This document shows, piece after piece, positions 9,944 through 18,416 of a DNA stretch of 40,552 bases. Each line of letters begins with the position of its first letter. The first letter of the stretch is position 1. Both the position numbers and the translations under genes were made by a program. The notes under the pieces are model-generated. The model ran no database searches. It was given only the letters and a program-made list of their open reading frames with translations, and was not told the DNA's origin. Origin of the DNA: Deltaproteobacteria bacterium (GTDB taxonomy: Bacteria > Myxococcota_A > Bradymonadia > REDH01); assembly GCA_013205435.1 (NCBI GenBank), contig JABMMX010000056.1:1-40552 (forward strand), written 5' to 3'.

Positions 9944-11100
9944 TCTGATGCGCTCCGCTCCGTGCTCGCAGCACGGCCTCGGGCCACAATCCGCGGAAGC
10001 CGCGCCAGGAGTTCGTCCACCTCGTCGTCGGTCGTGAGCAGGCTCAGTCCGAACCGAACCGAACCGTGAAGGTAGCGCTCCGACAGGCCGAGCGCCGTCA
10101 GCACATGGCTCGGCTCCTTCACATTCGACTGGCAGGCGGAGCTGCTCGAGGCCGCGATCTCCACCTCGTCCAAGAGCTGCAGCATGGCCTCGCCCGAGCT
10201 GTCTTCGAACGATACGTTGAGGGTGGTTGGGAGCCGCGGCTCGCCGCCGCCGTTCACCACAACGCGCTCGATGTTGGCCAGGATCGCCTGCTCGAGCCGG
10301 TCCCGCAGCGCCTCAACCGCCCCGTAGGCGCCCTCTTCGAGCCGCCGCCGCGCAAGGTAGCTCGCCATCCCCATACCCACGATGCCAGGCACATTCTCTG
10401 TGCCCGAGCGGATGTCCCACTGCTGACCGCCTCCCACCAGCTGCGCAACGATGGGCGCGCCTCGCCTCACCGCCAACGCGCCAACGCCCTTGGGCCCATG
10501 AAACTTGTGGGCACTCAGCGCAAGGTAGTCCACGCCAAGCCGCCGCGCATGCACCGGCATCTTGCCCACGGCCTGCGTCGCGTCGCAGAGCAGCAGCGCG
10601 CCACGCGCCTTCGCTGCCGCCGCAATCTCAGCAACCGGGAAAATCACCCCCGTCTCGTTGTTCGCAAGCATGGTCGCGACCAGCAGCGTGTCGTCGCGGA
10701 GCGCAGCAGCAACCTCGGCGGCCGTGAGCCCGCCCGAAGACGAGACAGGAAGCACCGTGACCTCATAGCCCTGCGCCCGCAACCGCTCGATGGGATGCAG
10801 CACCGCGTGATGCTCAACCGACGAGACCACAATGTGACGACGCTCAGGCCGCGCCGCTGCGGCACCGAAGATGGCCAGGTTACAGGCCTCCGTTGCGCCA
10901 GAGGTGAAGACAATCTCTTCCGGTCGGCTGCCGATGAGCCGCCCCACCGCAACACGCGACTGCCGCAGCGCCTCGCGCGACTGCTCCGCAAAGAGGTGGA
11001 TGCTCGACGGGTTGCCGTAGAGCTCACCGAAGTAGGGCATCATCGCAGCCAGCACCTCCGGCAGCAGACGGGTCGTGGCGTTGTTGTCCAAGTAGATCAT
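9940..11100 (-). CDS. Cysteine desulfurase (NifS/IscS group I)
   Basis: MIYLDNNATT, GNPSS, FTSGATE, PLP lysine SAHKFHGPKG, RSGTEN and catalytic Cys in SSSSACQS. Confidence 0.95.
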   Translation of the reverse strand: MIYLDNNATTRLLPEVLAAMMPYFGELYGNPSSIHLFAEQSREALRQSRVAVGRLIGSRPEEIVFTSGATEACNLAIFGAAAARPERRHIVVSSVEHHAVLHPIERLRAQGYEVTVLPVSSSGGLTAAEVAAALRDDTLLVATMLANNETGVIFPVAEIAAAAKARGALLLCDATQAVGKMPVHARRLGVDYLALSAHKFHGPKGVGALAVRRGAPIVAQLVGGGQQWDIRSGTENVPGIVGMGMASYLARRRLEEGAYGAVEALRDRLEQAILANIERVVVNGGGEPRLPTTLNVSFEDSSGEAMLQLLDEVEIAASSSSACQSNVKEPSHVLTALGLSERYLHGSVRFGLSLLTTDDEVDELLARLPRIVARGRAASTERSASE

Positions 11101-11104
11101 CGCC

Positions 11105-12256
11105 CTACCCCGTTATCTCAATCATGCGCTGGAGCGAGAGCCTGGCCCCCTCCGCAATCCGCTCCGGCACCTTCACCACGTTGACCAAGCGCCCCTCGGC
11201 CAGCTCGTCCAGCACCCAGAGAAGGTAGTTCGGACGGATGCGATACATCGTGGCACACAGACACTGGAACGGACTCAGCGAGGCGATGAAACGGTCGGGC
11301 ATCATCGCCCGCAGCCGGTGCACCAGATTGATCTCCGTCCCCACAGCCCAGGCCGTCCCCGGCGGGCTGTTGCGAATCGTCTCAATGATGAAGTTGGTCG
11401 AGCCCGCCTCATCGGCCGCCTGCACCACCTCGAAGGTACACTCGGGGTGGACGATGATCCGGATGTCGGGCCGCTCCGCCCGCCAGTGGTCAATCTGTCC
11501 CACCGCAAACCCCATATGGACCGAACAGTGCCCCTTCCAAAGCAGCACCCGCGCCCGGGCGACGGTCTCCGCATCATGGCCGCCATTGGGCAACGCGGGG
11601 TCCCAGACAATCATCTCGTCGAGCGGCACGCCGAGCGCGAAGCAGGTGTTGCGGCCCAGATGCTGGTCGGGAAAGAAGAGCAGCTTCTGGCCCTGTGAGA
11701 AGGCCCACGACACCACCTTTGCAGCATTGGAGGAGGTGCAGACCGCACCACCGCGACGGCCGACAAAGTCTTTCAGGTTGGCCGCGCTGTTGATGTAGGT
11801 GATGGGCACGATGGTGTCGGTGGTGCAGGCCGCCATCTCGTCCCAGGCCAGCTCCACATCGTCGAGGTTGGCCATGTCTGCCATGGTGCAGCCGGCGCGC
11901 AGGTCCGGCAGAATCACCTGCTGCCCCGGCCCCGTCAGGATGTCGGCTGACTCGGCCATGAAGTGGACGCCCGCGAAGATGACGAACTCCGCCTCCCGCT
12001 CCGCCGCAGCAGCCTTGGCAAGCGCATACGAATCGCCCGTCCGGTCAGCGAAGCGGATGACATCGTCCACCTGGTAGTGGTGGCCGAGAATCATCAGACG
12101 GCTGCCGAATGCAGCACGGCGCGCTGCGATGCGCGCCAGCACCTCGTCATTGGCAAGCTCAGCATAGGCTTTGCCAGGCGTCGGCCGGACCGCCCGTTCG
12201 GCACGGGCAAAAATGGAACCTTCTTCGAGCTCTTCCATGGCGGAAACAACCTCCAT
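11105..12256 (-). CDS. nadA: Quinolinate synthase A
   Basis: ILGHHYQ, GVHFMAE, AGCTMADMA, YINSAA, CTSSNA, PDQHLGRN, WKGHCSVH, VHPEC, CLCATM (three Fe-S Cys). Alternative start 12238. Confidence 0.96.
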   Translation of the reverse strand: MEVVSAMEELEEGSIFARAERAVRPTPGKAYAELANDEVLARIAARRAAFGSRLMILGHHYQVDDVIRFADRTGDSYALAKAAAAEREAEFVIFAGVHFMAESADILTGPGQQVILPDLRAGCTMADMANLDDVELAWDEMAACTTDTIVPITYINSAANLKDFVGRRGGAVCTSSNAAKVVSWAFSQGQKLLFFPDQHLGRNTCFALGVPLDEMIVWDPALPNGGHDAETVARARVLLWKGHCSVHMGFAVGQIDHWRAERPDIRIIVHPECTFEVVQAADEAGSTNFIIETIRNSPPGTAWAVGTEINLVHRLRAMMPDRFIASLSPFQCLCATMYRIRPNYLLWVLDELAEGRLVNVVKVPERIAEGARLSLQRMIEITG

Positions 12257-12390
12257 CCTGCGCCCGTGACCAGCGCGAGCCGGCCTCTCGAAGGGCCCCT
12301 CGGGAGCCTCCGACCAGCGGTGCGTTTCAGACTAGCCGCACGAACCCCGCACCGCTAGAAGACCCTCGTCCCGCTCAAGAGAAACTTTCC

Positions 12391-13539
12391 GTGATCGACC
12401 GCACCTTTTGCTTTCTCGAGCGCGACGATGACCTTCGTGACTGGGTGGCCGAGCATGCAGACAGCCTCGAAGGGGCTGTCATCGCGCTCGACATCGAGGA
12501 GGACCGAGAGCGTGGCTACGCTCCACTCGTCGCCCTCATCCAGGTGACCATTGATGAGCACGACGTTATCTTCGACCCGCTGCGCCTCAGCAAGCCGGCG
12601 CTCTGCGAAGCCATCGAGCTCGTCTGCCTGCTCCCCGACGCCGTCGTTATCCACGGCTCGCACAACGATGTCACAGGCCTCAAGCGCGACTTCGGTGTAG
12701 GCCCAAAGCGGCTCATCGACACGCAGGTCGCCGCCCGCTTCCTCGGCGAGCGTGCCTTCGGGCTCGCGCCGCTGCTCGCATCGCGATTGAACATTGTCCA
12801 CGACAAGAGCGTGCGCCGCTCCGACTGGACCGCTCGCCCGCTCGGCGAGGAGCAGCTCATCTATGCCCGCGCCGACACCTCCAACCTGCTCGACCTCTGG
12901 TATGATCTCGAGGCCGATCTCGAGGAGAGAGCTTTGCTCGACGACTTCGATGACGAGTGCGCAGCCCTCAACGCCGACCAGCCGGAGCCGCAGCGCCTCG
13001 ACCCATGGGGCTGGCGCAACCTCAAGGGGCTCGGCAACCTCGACCAGGCCGCAGCGCAGCGCCTCGCCGCCCTTTGGGGCTGGCGCGACCGGGTAGGCCG
13101 TGAGCGCAACCTCCACGTGACCCGTGTGCTCCCGCCGTGGGCCCTCATCCTCCTGGCTGAGCGGGGAAGCAGCGCCCTCACCCGCCGCCGCTCCTCGGGC
13201 CTAGACCCCGCAATCTTCGACGCCGAGCACGAGGGGCTCGCGCTGCTGCTCGACAACCCACCGGAGCTCCCGCCCCCGGCCGCGCCGGCGCCCCGCAGCG
13301 CAGGACAGGGCCGAAGCGAGAGCGAGCGCCGGCTCGAACTTCTGCTGCAGTGGCGGAACGAGACAGCAGAAGCCACCGGCCTCGAACCGGGCTTCCTCGC
13401 CTCCCGGACCGTGCTCCTCGATGTTGCTCGACTGCTCGATCCAAGCCCCGCAAACATCGCCGCAGTCGCCGATGTGCGCCGCTGGAGAGCCGACAGATAT
13501 GCCCCGATTTGGTCTGATTTGATGCGCCGCGTCGGCTAA
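12391..13539 (+). CDS. rnd: Ribonuclease D-like 3'-5' exonuclease with two HRDC domains
   Basis: DEDD-type motifs ALDIE, HGSHNDV, DTQVAARFLG, SDWTARPL, YARADT, followed by two HRDC-like segments (LWGWRD..., LLQWRN...). GTG start at 12391 is inferred; the track's longer N-terminus overlaps nadA. Confidence 0.88.
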   Translation: MIDRTFCFLERDDDLRDWVAEHADSLEGAVIALDIEEDRERGYAPLVALIQVTIDEHDVIFDPLRLSKPALCEAIELVCLLPDAVVIHGSHNDVTGLKRDFGVGPKRLIDTQVAARFLGERAFGLAPLLASRLNIVHDKSVRRSDWTARPLGEEQLIYARADTSNLLDLWYDLEADLEERALLDDFDDECAALNADQPEPQRLDPWGWRNLKGLGNLDQAAAQRLAALWGWRDRVGRERNLHVTRVLPPWALILLAERGSSALTRRRSSGLDPAIFDAEHEGLALLLDNPPELPPPAAPAPRSAGQGRSESERRLELLLQWRNETAEATGLEPGFLASRTVLLDVARLLDPSPANIAAVADVRRWRADRYAPIWSDLMRRVG

Positions 13540-13540
13540 T

Positions 13541-13577
13541 GGTCGAAAAATCGACCTGCGCACCATTGGTTCGAACC
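13541..13577. promoter_or_regulatory. Two short inverted repeats in an AT-rich intergenic region (candidate operator sites or hairpin)
   Basis: GGTCGA-AAAA-TCGACC (13541-13556) and the perfect palindrome GGTTCGAACC (13568-13577), upstream of the small lipoprotein gene. Confidence 0.3.
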
Positions 13578-13691
13578 GTTTTTGTTGCGCTACCCGATTT
13601 TTTCCCCTAACAGCCGCCCCCGTACCAACTGCTTTTGAATTCCGTTTCAGCCCGCCGAGCAATCGGCACTTTCCCTCTTGAGGTTACTACA

Positions 13692-13964
13692 ATGTCGTTC
13701 TTCCGTCTCTCGCTGTCTGCCGCCGTCCTCGCCTCTGCTGCCCTCCTTGCTGGTTGCCCGTCGGCTCCCCCGGCCGCCAACGAAGGTTCGGCCGCCACGT
13801 CGGCCGGTTCCGCCGAGGCCAAGCCTGCCGAGCCCGCGAAGATCGCGGAGCCGATCCCGACCCGGACGCCTGCTGCTGAGGGCACGGGCTCGGGCGCCGC
13901 TGCTGCTGCCCCCGCCGCTGGCTCGGGCGCTGCCGTCCCGACGACTGCTCCCACGGGCAAGTAA
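13692..13964 (+). CDS. Small Ala/Pro/Gly-rich lipoprotein (90 aa)
   Basis: GAGG SD then ATG 13692; MSFFRLSLSAAVLASAALLAG-C lipobox; disordered mature region; followed by a terminator. Confidence 0.75.
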   Translation: MSFFRLSLSAAVLASAALLAGCPSAPPAANEGSAATSAGSAEAKPAEPAKIAEPIPTRTPAAEGTGSGAAAAAPAAGSGAAVPTTAPTGK

Positions 13965-13968
13965 TCGG

Positions 13969-14029
13969 GCGGCGCCGCAAGGCGCTGTACTACGCTCGGC
14001 GCGGGCTCGGTCGCGCCGTTTGCGTTTTT
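13969..14029 (+). terminator. GCAA-tetraloop hairpin followed by a Rho-independent terminator
   Basis: GCGGCGCC-GCAA-GGCGCTGT (13969-13988), then CGGCGCG...CGCGCCG (13997-14018) followed by TTTGCGTTTTT. Confidence 0.7.
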
Positions 14030-14114
14030 GCTCCTCGCTCTGCACACCGCGCCTCGCGCGCCGCGCGGACCGGCGCCTCGAACGTAGCGTTCGTTACCGC
14101 CTCGACCGCGAACC

Positions 14115-14732
14115 TCAGCCGGGCCAGTGCCCGTCGAGCCGCAGGTGCTCCCAGATAACCTGGCACAGGTACTCCACCGCCTCCATGTGCCGCATGGCAT
14201 CAGACACCCGGGCGCCCCAAGCATAGACGCCGTGCCCTGCAACCAGCACCGCGCCCGCATCGGGACGCGAGGCCGCCAGCACCGCCTGCGCCAGCGTCGG
14301 GATGTCGCCATGGTTGGGCACGATCGGAAGCGTCAGCACATCGCCTTCGCCCCAGAAGCCCATCGCCTTGATGAGCTCCCAGCCCGTCACCGTTACCTGC
14401 CCCGCCGCCACGAAGCGCTGCGCCACCATCGTCGCATAGAGCGGGTGACCGTGGAGGATCGCCCCAGGCGCGTAGCGACCGTAGAGCAGGTCGTGGACCG
14501 AGGTCTCTGCCGACGACTTGGCCGCCCGCTCGTCGATCCGCCGGAGCCCCACCTCAAAGAGGAGAAAGTCCTCCGTCGTCAGCTCGCTCTTGGAGCCCCC
14601 CGACGCGCTGATAAGGTAGCGCGTTGGCGTTCCTTCGCGGCGCACCGAAAGATTGCCCGAGGTCGCCGGTACCCAGTTCCGGGAACCCATCTTGCGACCT
14701 GCCTCGATCAGCAACGAGACCTCTTCTTCCAT
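14115..14732 (-). CDS. mtnB: Methylthioribulose-1-phosphate dehydratase (class II aldolase family)
   Basis: WVPATSGNLS, ISASG, SAETSVH, HGH and LVAGHGVYAWG; Zn-binding His residues present. Start 14732 has a GGAG SD (alternatives 14753, 14774). Confidence 0.88.
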   Translation of the reverse strand: MEEEVSLLIEAGRKMGSRNWVPATSGNLSVRREGTPTRYLISASGGSKSELTTEDFLLFEVGLRRIDERAAKSSAETSVHDLLYGRYAPGAILHGHPLYATMVAQRFVAAGQVTVTGWELIKAMGFWGEGDVLTLPIVPNHGDIPTLAQAVLAASRPDAGAVLVAGHGVYAWGARVSDAMRHMEAVEYLCQVIWEHLRLDGHWPG

Positions 14733-14870
14733 GGAACTCTCCGGCTCGCGCATCGCGGGCTGACCCGCGCGCATCGTCTCAAATGGCGTGGGGCTAGCCG
14801 CTCCGCGCCGCGAATGCTAGCAGCGCCCTCCACCGCAAAGCGACCTCGCTACTCACCACGTAGGATGACC

Positions 14871-16037
14871 ATGAATCGCCACCACATCGCAGCCCGCGTT
14901 GCAGGCCTCACCCAGTCCGAAATCCGCGCCATGACACGCGCCTGCAACGCCGTCGGCGGCATCAACATGGGTCAGGGCGTCTGCGACGTTCCCGCTGAGC
15001 TCCTCATCAAAGAGGCTGCCAAGACCGCCATCGACAGCGACATCTCGCTCTACACCCGCTTCGATGGCGAAGAGCGGCTCCGCCGCGCCCTCGCCCACAA
15101 GTTCACCAACTACAACAAGGTGAACTACAACTTCGAGAGCGAGATCTGCGTCACGCTCGGCGCCTCCGGCGCCTTCGCCTGCGCCCTCACCGCCCTGCTC
15201 AACGCGGGCGACGAGATCCTCATGTTCGAGCCCTTCTACGGCTACCACTGGAACACGGCCTACATCGCCGGCCTCAACCCCGTGCCGATCCCGCTCGCGC
15301 CCCCCGACTTCGCCTTCGACGTCGAGCTCATCCGCTCCCGCATCACCCCCAAGACCCGCGCCATCCTGGTCAACACGCCCGGAAACCCGAGCGGCAAGGT
15401 CTTCTCGCGCGCCGAGCTCGAGACCATCGCGGCCCTCTGCATCGAGTTCGACCTGCTCTGCCTCACCGATGAGGTCTACGAGTATCTGACCTTCGACACC
15501 GAGCATGTCAGCATGGCCTCCATCGAAGGCATGCGCGAGCGCACCGTGACGATGGGCAGCTACAGCAAGACCTTCAGCATCACCGGCTGGCGCATCGGTT
15601 ACGCGGCCGCCTCTGAGCCGCTCGCCCGCGCCATCGGCATGGTCAACGACCTCTACTACAACTGCGCGCCCGCTCCGCTGCAGCGCGCAGTCGCCGTCGG
15701 CATCGAGACCTACGGCCCCGAGTTTTACACCGACCTCGCCAAGACCTACCGCAAGAAGCGCGACATCTTCTGCGAGCTGCTCACCGAAATCGGCCTCGAC
15801 CCCATCGTCCCCAAGGGCGCCTACTACGTGCTCGCCGACAACCGCCGCCTCGGCGCCGCCAACGACAAGGATGCAGCCATGAAGCTGCTGCACGAGAGCG
15901 GCGTCGCCGCCATCGCAGGCTCCGCCTTCTACACGGGCGAGACCGGCGAAGGGCTCCTCCGATTCTGCGTCGCCAAGAGCGACGAAGACCTTGCCCGCGC
16001 CTGCGACCAGCTCCGCAACTGGGGCAGCAAGCACTAG
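14871..16037 (+). CDS. PLP-dependent class I/II aminotransferase (MtnE/YbdL-like)
   Basis: INMGQG, NTPGNPSGKVF, DEVYE, SYSKTFSITGWRIGY (PLP Lys), LLRFC. Divergent from mtnB. Confidence 0.92.
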   Translation: MNRHHIAARVAGLTQSEIRAMTRACNAVGGINMGQGVCDVPAELLIKEAAKTAIDSDISLYTRFDGEERLRRALAHKFTNYNKVNYNFESEICVTLGASGAFACALTALLNAGDEILMFEPFYGYHWNTAYIAGLNPVPIPLAPPDFAFDVELIRSRITPKTRAILVNTPGNPSGKVFSRAELETIAALCIEFDLLCLTDEVYEYLTFDTEHVSMASIEGMRERTVTMGSYSKTFSITGWRIGYAAASEPLARAIGMVNDLYYNCAPAPLQRAVAVGIETYGPEFYTDLAKTYRKKRDIFCELLTEIGLDPIVPKGAYYVLADNRRLGAANDKDAAMKLLHESGVAAIAGSAFYTGETGEGLLRFCVAKSDEDLARACDQLRNWGSKH

Positions 16038-16062
16038 CGCGGAGCAGCCGGCAAAGGCCGCA

Positions 16063-17091
16063 TCAGGTCGGCCACTCCATCACCAGCTTGCCCACGGTAG
16101 CACCCCGCTCCAGGTCGGCGTGTGCCGCAGGGAGCTCCGAGGCGGGACGGCGGCTCAGTTCGAGTTTCACCGTACCATCGGCTACCAGTGCAGCGGCCCG
16201 CTCCGTCACGGCACGCATTGCGGCCGGACGCGCATCGGCAACGCGGAGCATGTTGACGCCGATGAGGCCGCGCGAGCTTGAGAGGAAGACGAGCGGGTGA
16301 AAGAGTCCGAACTCCAACGCGCGGAGCGGTGCCAGCAGCCGCGACCAGCCGCCGGCTGCCATCGTTGCCACGCCGAAGCAGACCATGCGGCCGCCGTGCG
16401 CAAGCAGGCCCCAGGTGCGGCGCGCCTCTGCCCCACCCAGCGAGTCGAAGATGAGATCGTAGCCACCGGGGGCCGCCGCGCGGAGCGCAGCAAGGTCGCC
16501 GCCCGAGCCGTTGGTCACCACCGGCACCGCGCCCAGCGCGCGCAGGCGGTCGCACTTGCCGGCGCTGCGGGTCGTCGCGATCACGGTCGCCCCTCTGGCC
16601 ACCGCCATCTGCGTGAGCCAGAGCCCCACGCCGCCGGCAGCAGCGCGAATGAGGACCGTGTCGCCCGCATGGATGGTCGCCACCCACTCTGCGCACCAGA
16701 CCGCCGTTGCGCCCTGCACAGGGATTGCTGCAGCCTGCGCGAAGTCCACCTCTGCAGGAAGGGAAACCAGCCCCTCGGCGAGCGTCACCACGCGGCGGCC
16801 GTAGCCCCCGAAACGGGTGAGCGCCATCACACGGTCGTCCACCTTCCAACCTTCTACGCCAGGACCCACCGCGGAGATGATGCCCGCAACCTCGTAGCCC
16901 AGCGTCGCCGGGTTGGGAGGCGCGTCTGGATAGACGCCGAGCCGCGCCATCACATCGGCAAAGTTGAGCCCGAAGGCCGCTGCGTCGACCACAACCTCTC
17001 CCGTTCTGGGTGCTCGGAGCTCCACCGACCGTTGCTCAAAGGCAGCCGCCGCCGCTCCGTTACGAACCAACACCCATGCCTCGGTCTGCAT
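16063..17091 (-). CDS. Medium-chain dehydrogenase/reductase (quinone oxidoreductase/VAT-1-like)
   Basis: GLNFADVMARLGVYPDAP, GYEVAG, AAAGGVG nucleotide-binding motif, C-terminal TVGKLV. Confidence 0.9.
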   Translation of the reverse strand: MQTEAWVLVRNGAAAAAFEQRSVELRAPRTGEVVVDAAAFGLNFADVMARLGVYPDAPPNPATLGYEVAGIISAVGPGVEGWKVDDRVMALTRFGGYGRRVVTLAEGLVSLPAEVDFAQAAAIPVQGATAVWCAEWVATIHAGDTVLIRAAAGGVGLWLTQMAVARGATVIATTRSAGKCDRLRALGAVPVVTNGSGGDLAALRAAAPGGYDLIFDSLGGAEARRTWGLLAHGGRMVCFGVATMAAGGWSRLLAPLRALEFGLFHPLVFLSSSRGLIGVNMLRVADARPAAMRAVTERAAALVADGTVKLELSRRPASELPAAHADLERGATVGKLVMEWPT

Positions 17092-17183
17092 CTTCTCGCT
17101 CCATGCTGCTGCTTGGCACTTGTCGGCCCTTTCGACGCGCGATAAGCCCGCCAAGACCCAACCGTAGCAGGAGTAGCGGCGCC

Positions 17184-18323
17184 ATGTACCAGTTCGAACT
17201 GACAGAAGAGCAGACAGCCATCCGTGACACCGCCCGCGCCTTCGCCCGCGATGTCATCATCCCCGTGGCCGGTGAGCTCGACGAGCACGGCACCTTCCCC
17301 CGCGACATCTGCGCCAAAGCCTTCGACCTCGGCCTCATGAACGTCGAGATCCCCGAGGAGTACGGCGGCCTCGGCCTCGGCGCCTTCGAGCACGCTATCA
17401 TCTGCGAGGAGCTCTCCTACGGCTGCGTCGGCGTCGCCACCACCATCTCGGCCAACAACCTGGCCGCAGCCCCCATCCTCCTCGCCGGCAACCACGAGCA
17501 GAAGAAGCAGTATCTCGGAGGCCTTACCGGCGCCCTCTCCTTCGCCTCCTACGCCACCAGCGAGCCCGACGCCGGCTCCGACGTTGCCGGCCTGCGCTGC
17601 CGCTACGAGCGCAAGGGCGACACCTTTGTCCTCAACGGCTCCAAGCAGTGGATCACCAACGGCGGCCACGCAGACTTCATCGTCATCTTCGCCACCCGCG
17701 ACGCCGCAACCCGCCACAAGGGGATCTCGGCCTTCATTGTCCCCAAGGGCACACCCGGGCTCTCCATCGGCAAGAAGGAGAACAAGATGGGGCAGCGCTG
17801 CTCCAACACCACCGCCGTCCACCTTGAGGATTGTGCCATCCCGGCAGCCAACCTGCTCGGCGCCGAGGGCGAAGGCTTCAAGCTGGCGATGGCCACCTTC
17901 GACCGCACCCGCCCCGACATCGCCGCCTTCGGCCTCGGCATCATGCGCCGCTCCATCGACGAGTCGGTCAAGTATGCCAAGGAGCGCAAGACCTTCGGCG
18001 TGCCCATCGCGCAGCACCAGGCGATTCAGTTCATCATCGCCGACATGGCCATCGCCTACGAGGCCGGCCACCTGCTCACCTACAAGGCCGCCACCCTCCT
18101 CGACCGCGACCAGCCCAGCGCCATGCTCAGCGCCTACGCCAAGTGCTTCTGCGCAGACAACGCCATGCGGGTCGCCACCGACGCCGTCCAAGTCTTCGGC
18201 GGCAACGGCTACGTGAAGGAGTACCCCGTCGAGAAGCTCATGCGCGACGCCAAACTCCTCCAGATCTACGAGGGAACCTCGCAGGTCCAGCGCATGGTCA
18301 TCGCCAAGCGCCTGCTCGCCTGA
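17184..18323 (+). CDS. Acyl-CoA dehydrogenase
   Basis: SEPDAGSD, LNGSKQWITNGG, KMGQR, RKTFG, AVQVFGGNGY, EKLMRDAK, IYEGTSQVQR. AGGAG SD upstream. Confidence 0.96.
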   Translation: MYQFELTEEQTAIRDTARAFARDVIIPVAGELDEHGTFPRDICAKAFDLGLMNVEIPEEYGGLGLGAFEHAIICEELSYGCVGVATTISANNLAAAPILLAGNHEQKKQYLGGLTGALSFASYATSEPDAGSDVAGLRCRYERKGDTFVLNGSKQWITNGGHADFIVIFATRDAATRHKGISAFIVPKGTPGLSIGKKENKMGQRCSNTTAVHLEDCAIPAANLLGAEGEGFKLAMATFDRTRPDIAAFGLGIMRRSIDESVKYAKERKTFGVPIAQHQAIQFIIADMAIAYEAGHLLTYKAATLLDRDQPSAMLSAYAKCFCADNAMRVATDAVQVFGGNGYVKEYPVEKLMRDAKLLQIYEGTSQVQRMVIAKRLLA

Positions 18324-18416
18324 GCCCCGCTCGCGCTAGGAAGTAGGCCCGCAACCTGCTAGCGACCCTCCTTGTCGGCCCTCGGGCCACCTCTACACCT
18401 CCTCCGCAACGACCGC

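Noticed and set aside
14127-14870. Long N-terminal extension on the aminotransferase (also on rnd 12109-12390, fmt 27983-28288 and acyl-CoA dehydrogenase 17010-17183)
   Set aside because: These overlap neighbouring genes; homology and SD sequences point to the downstream starts.
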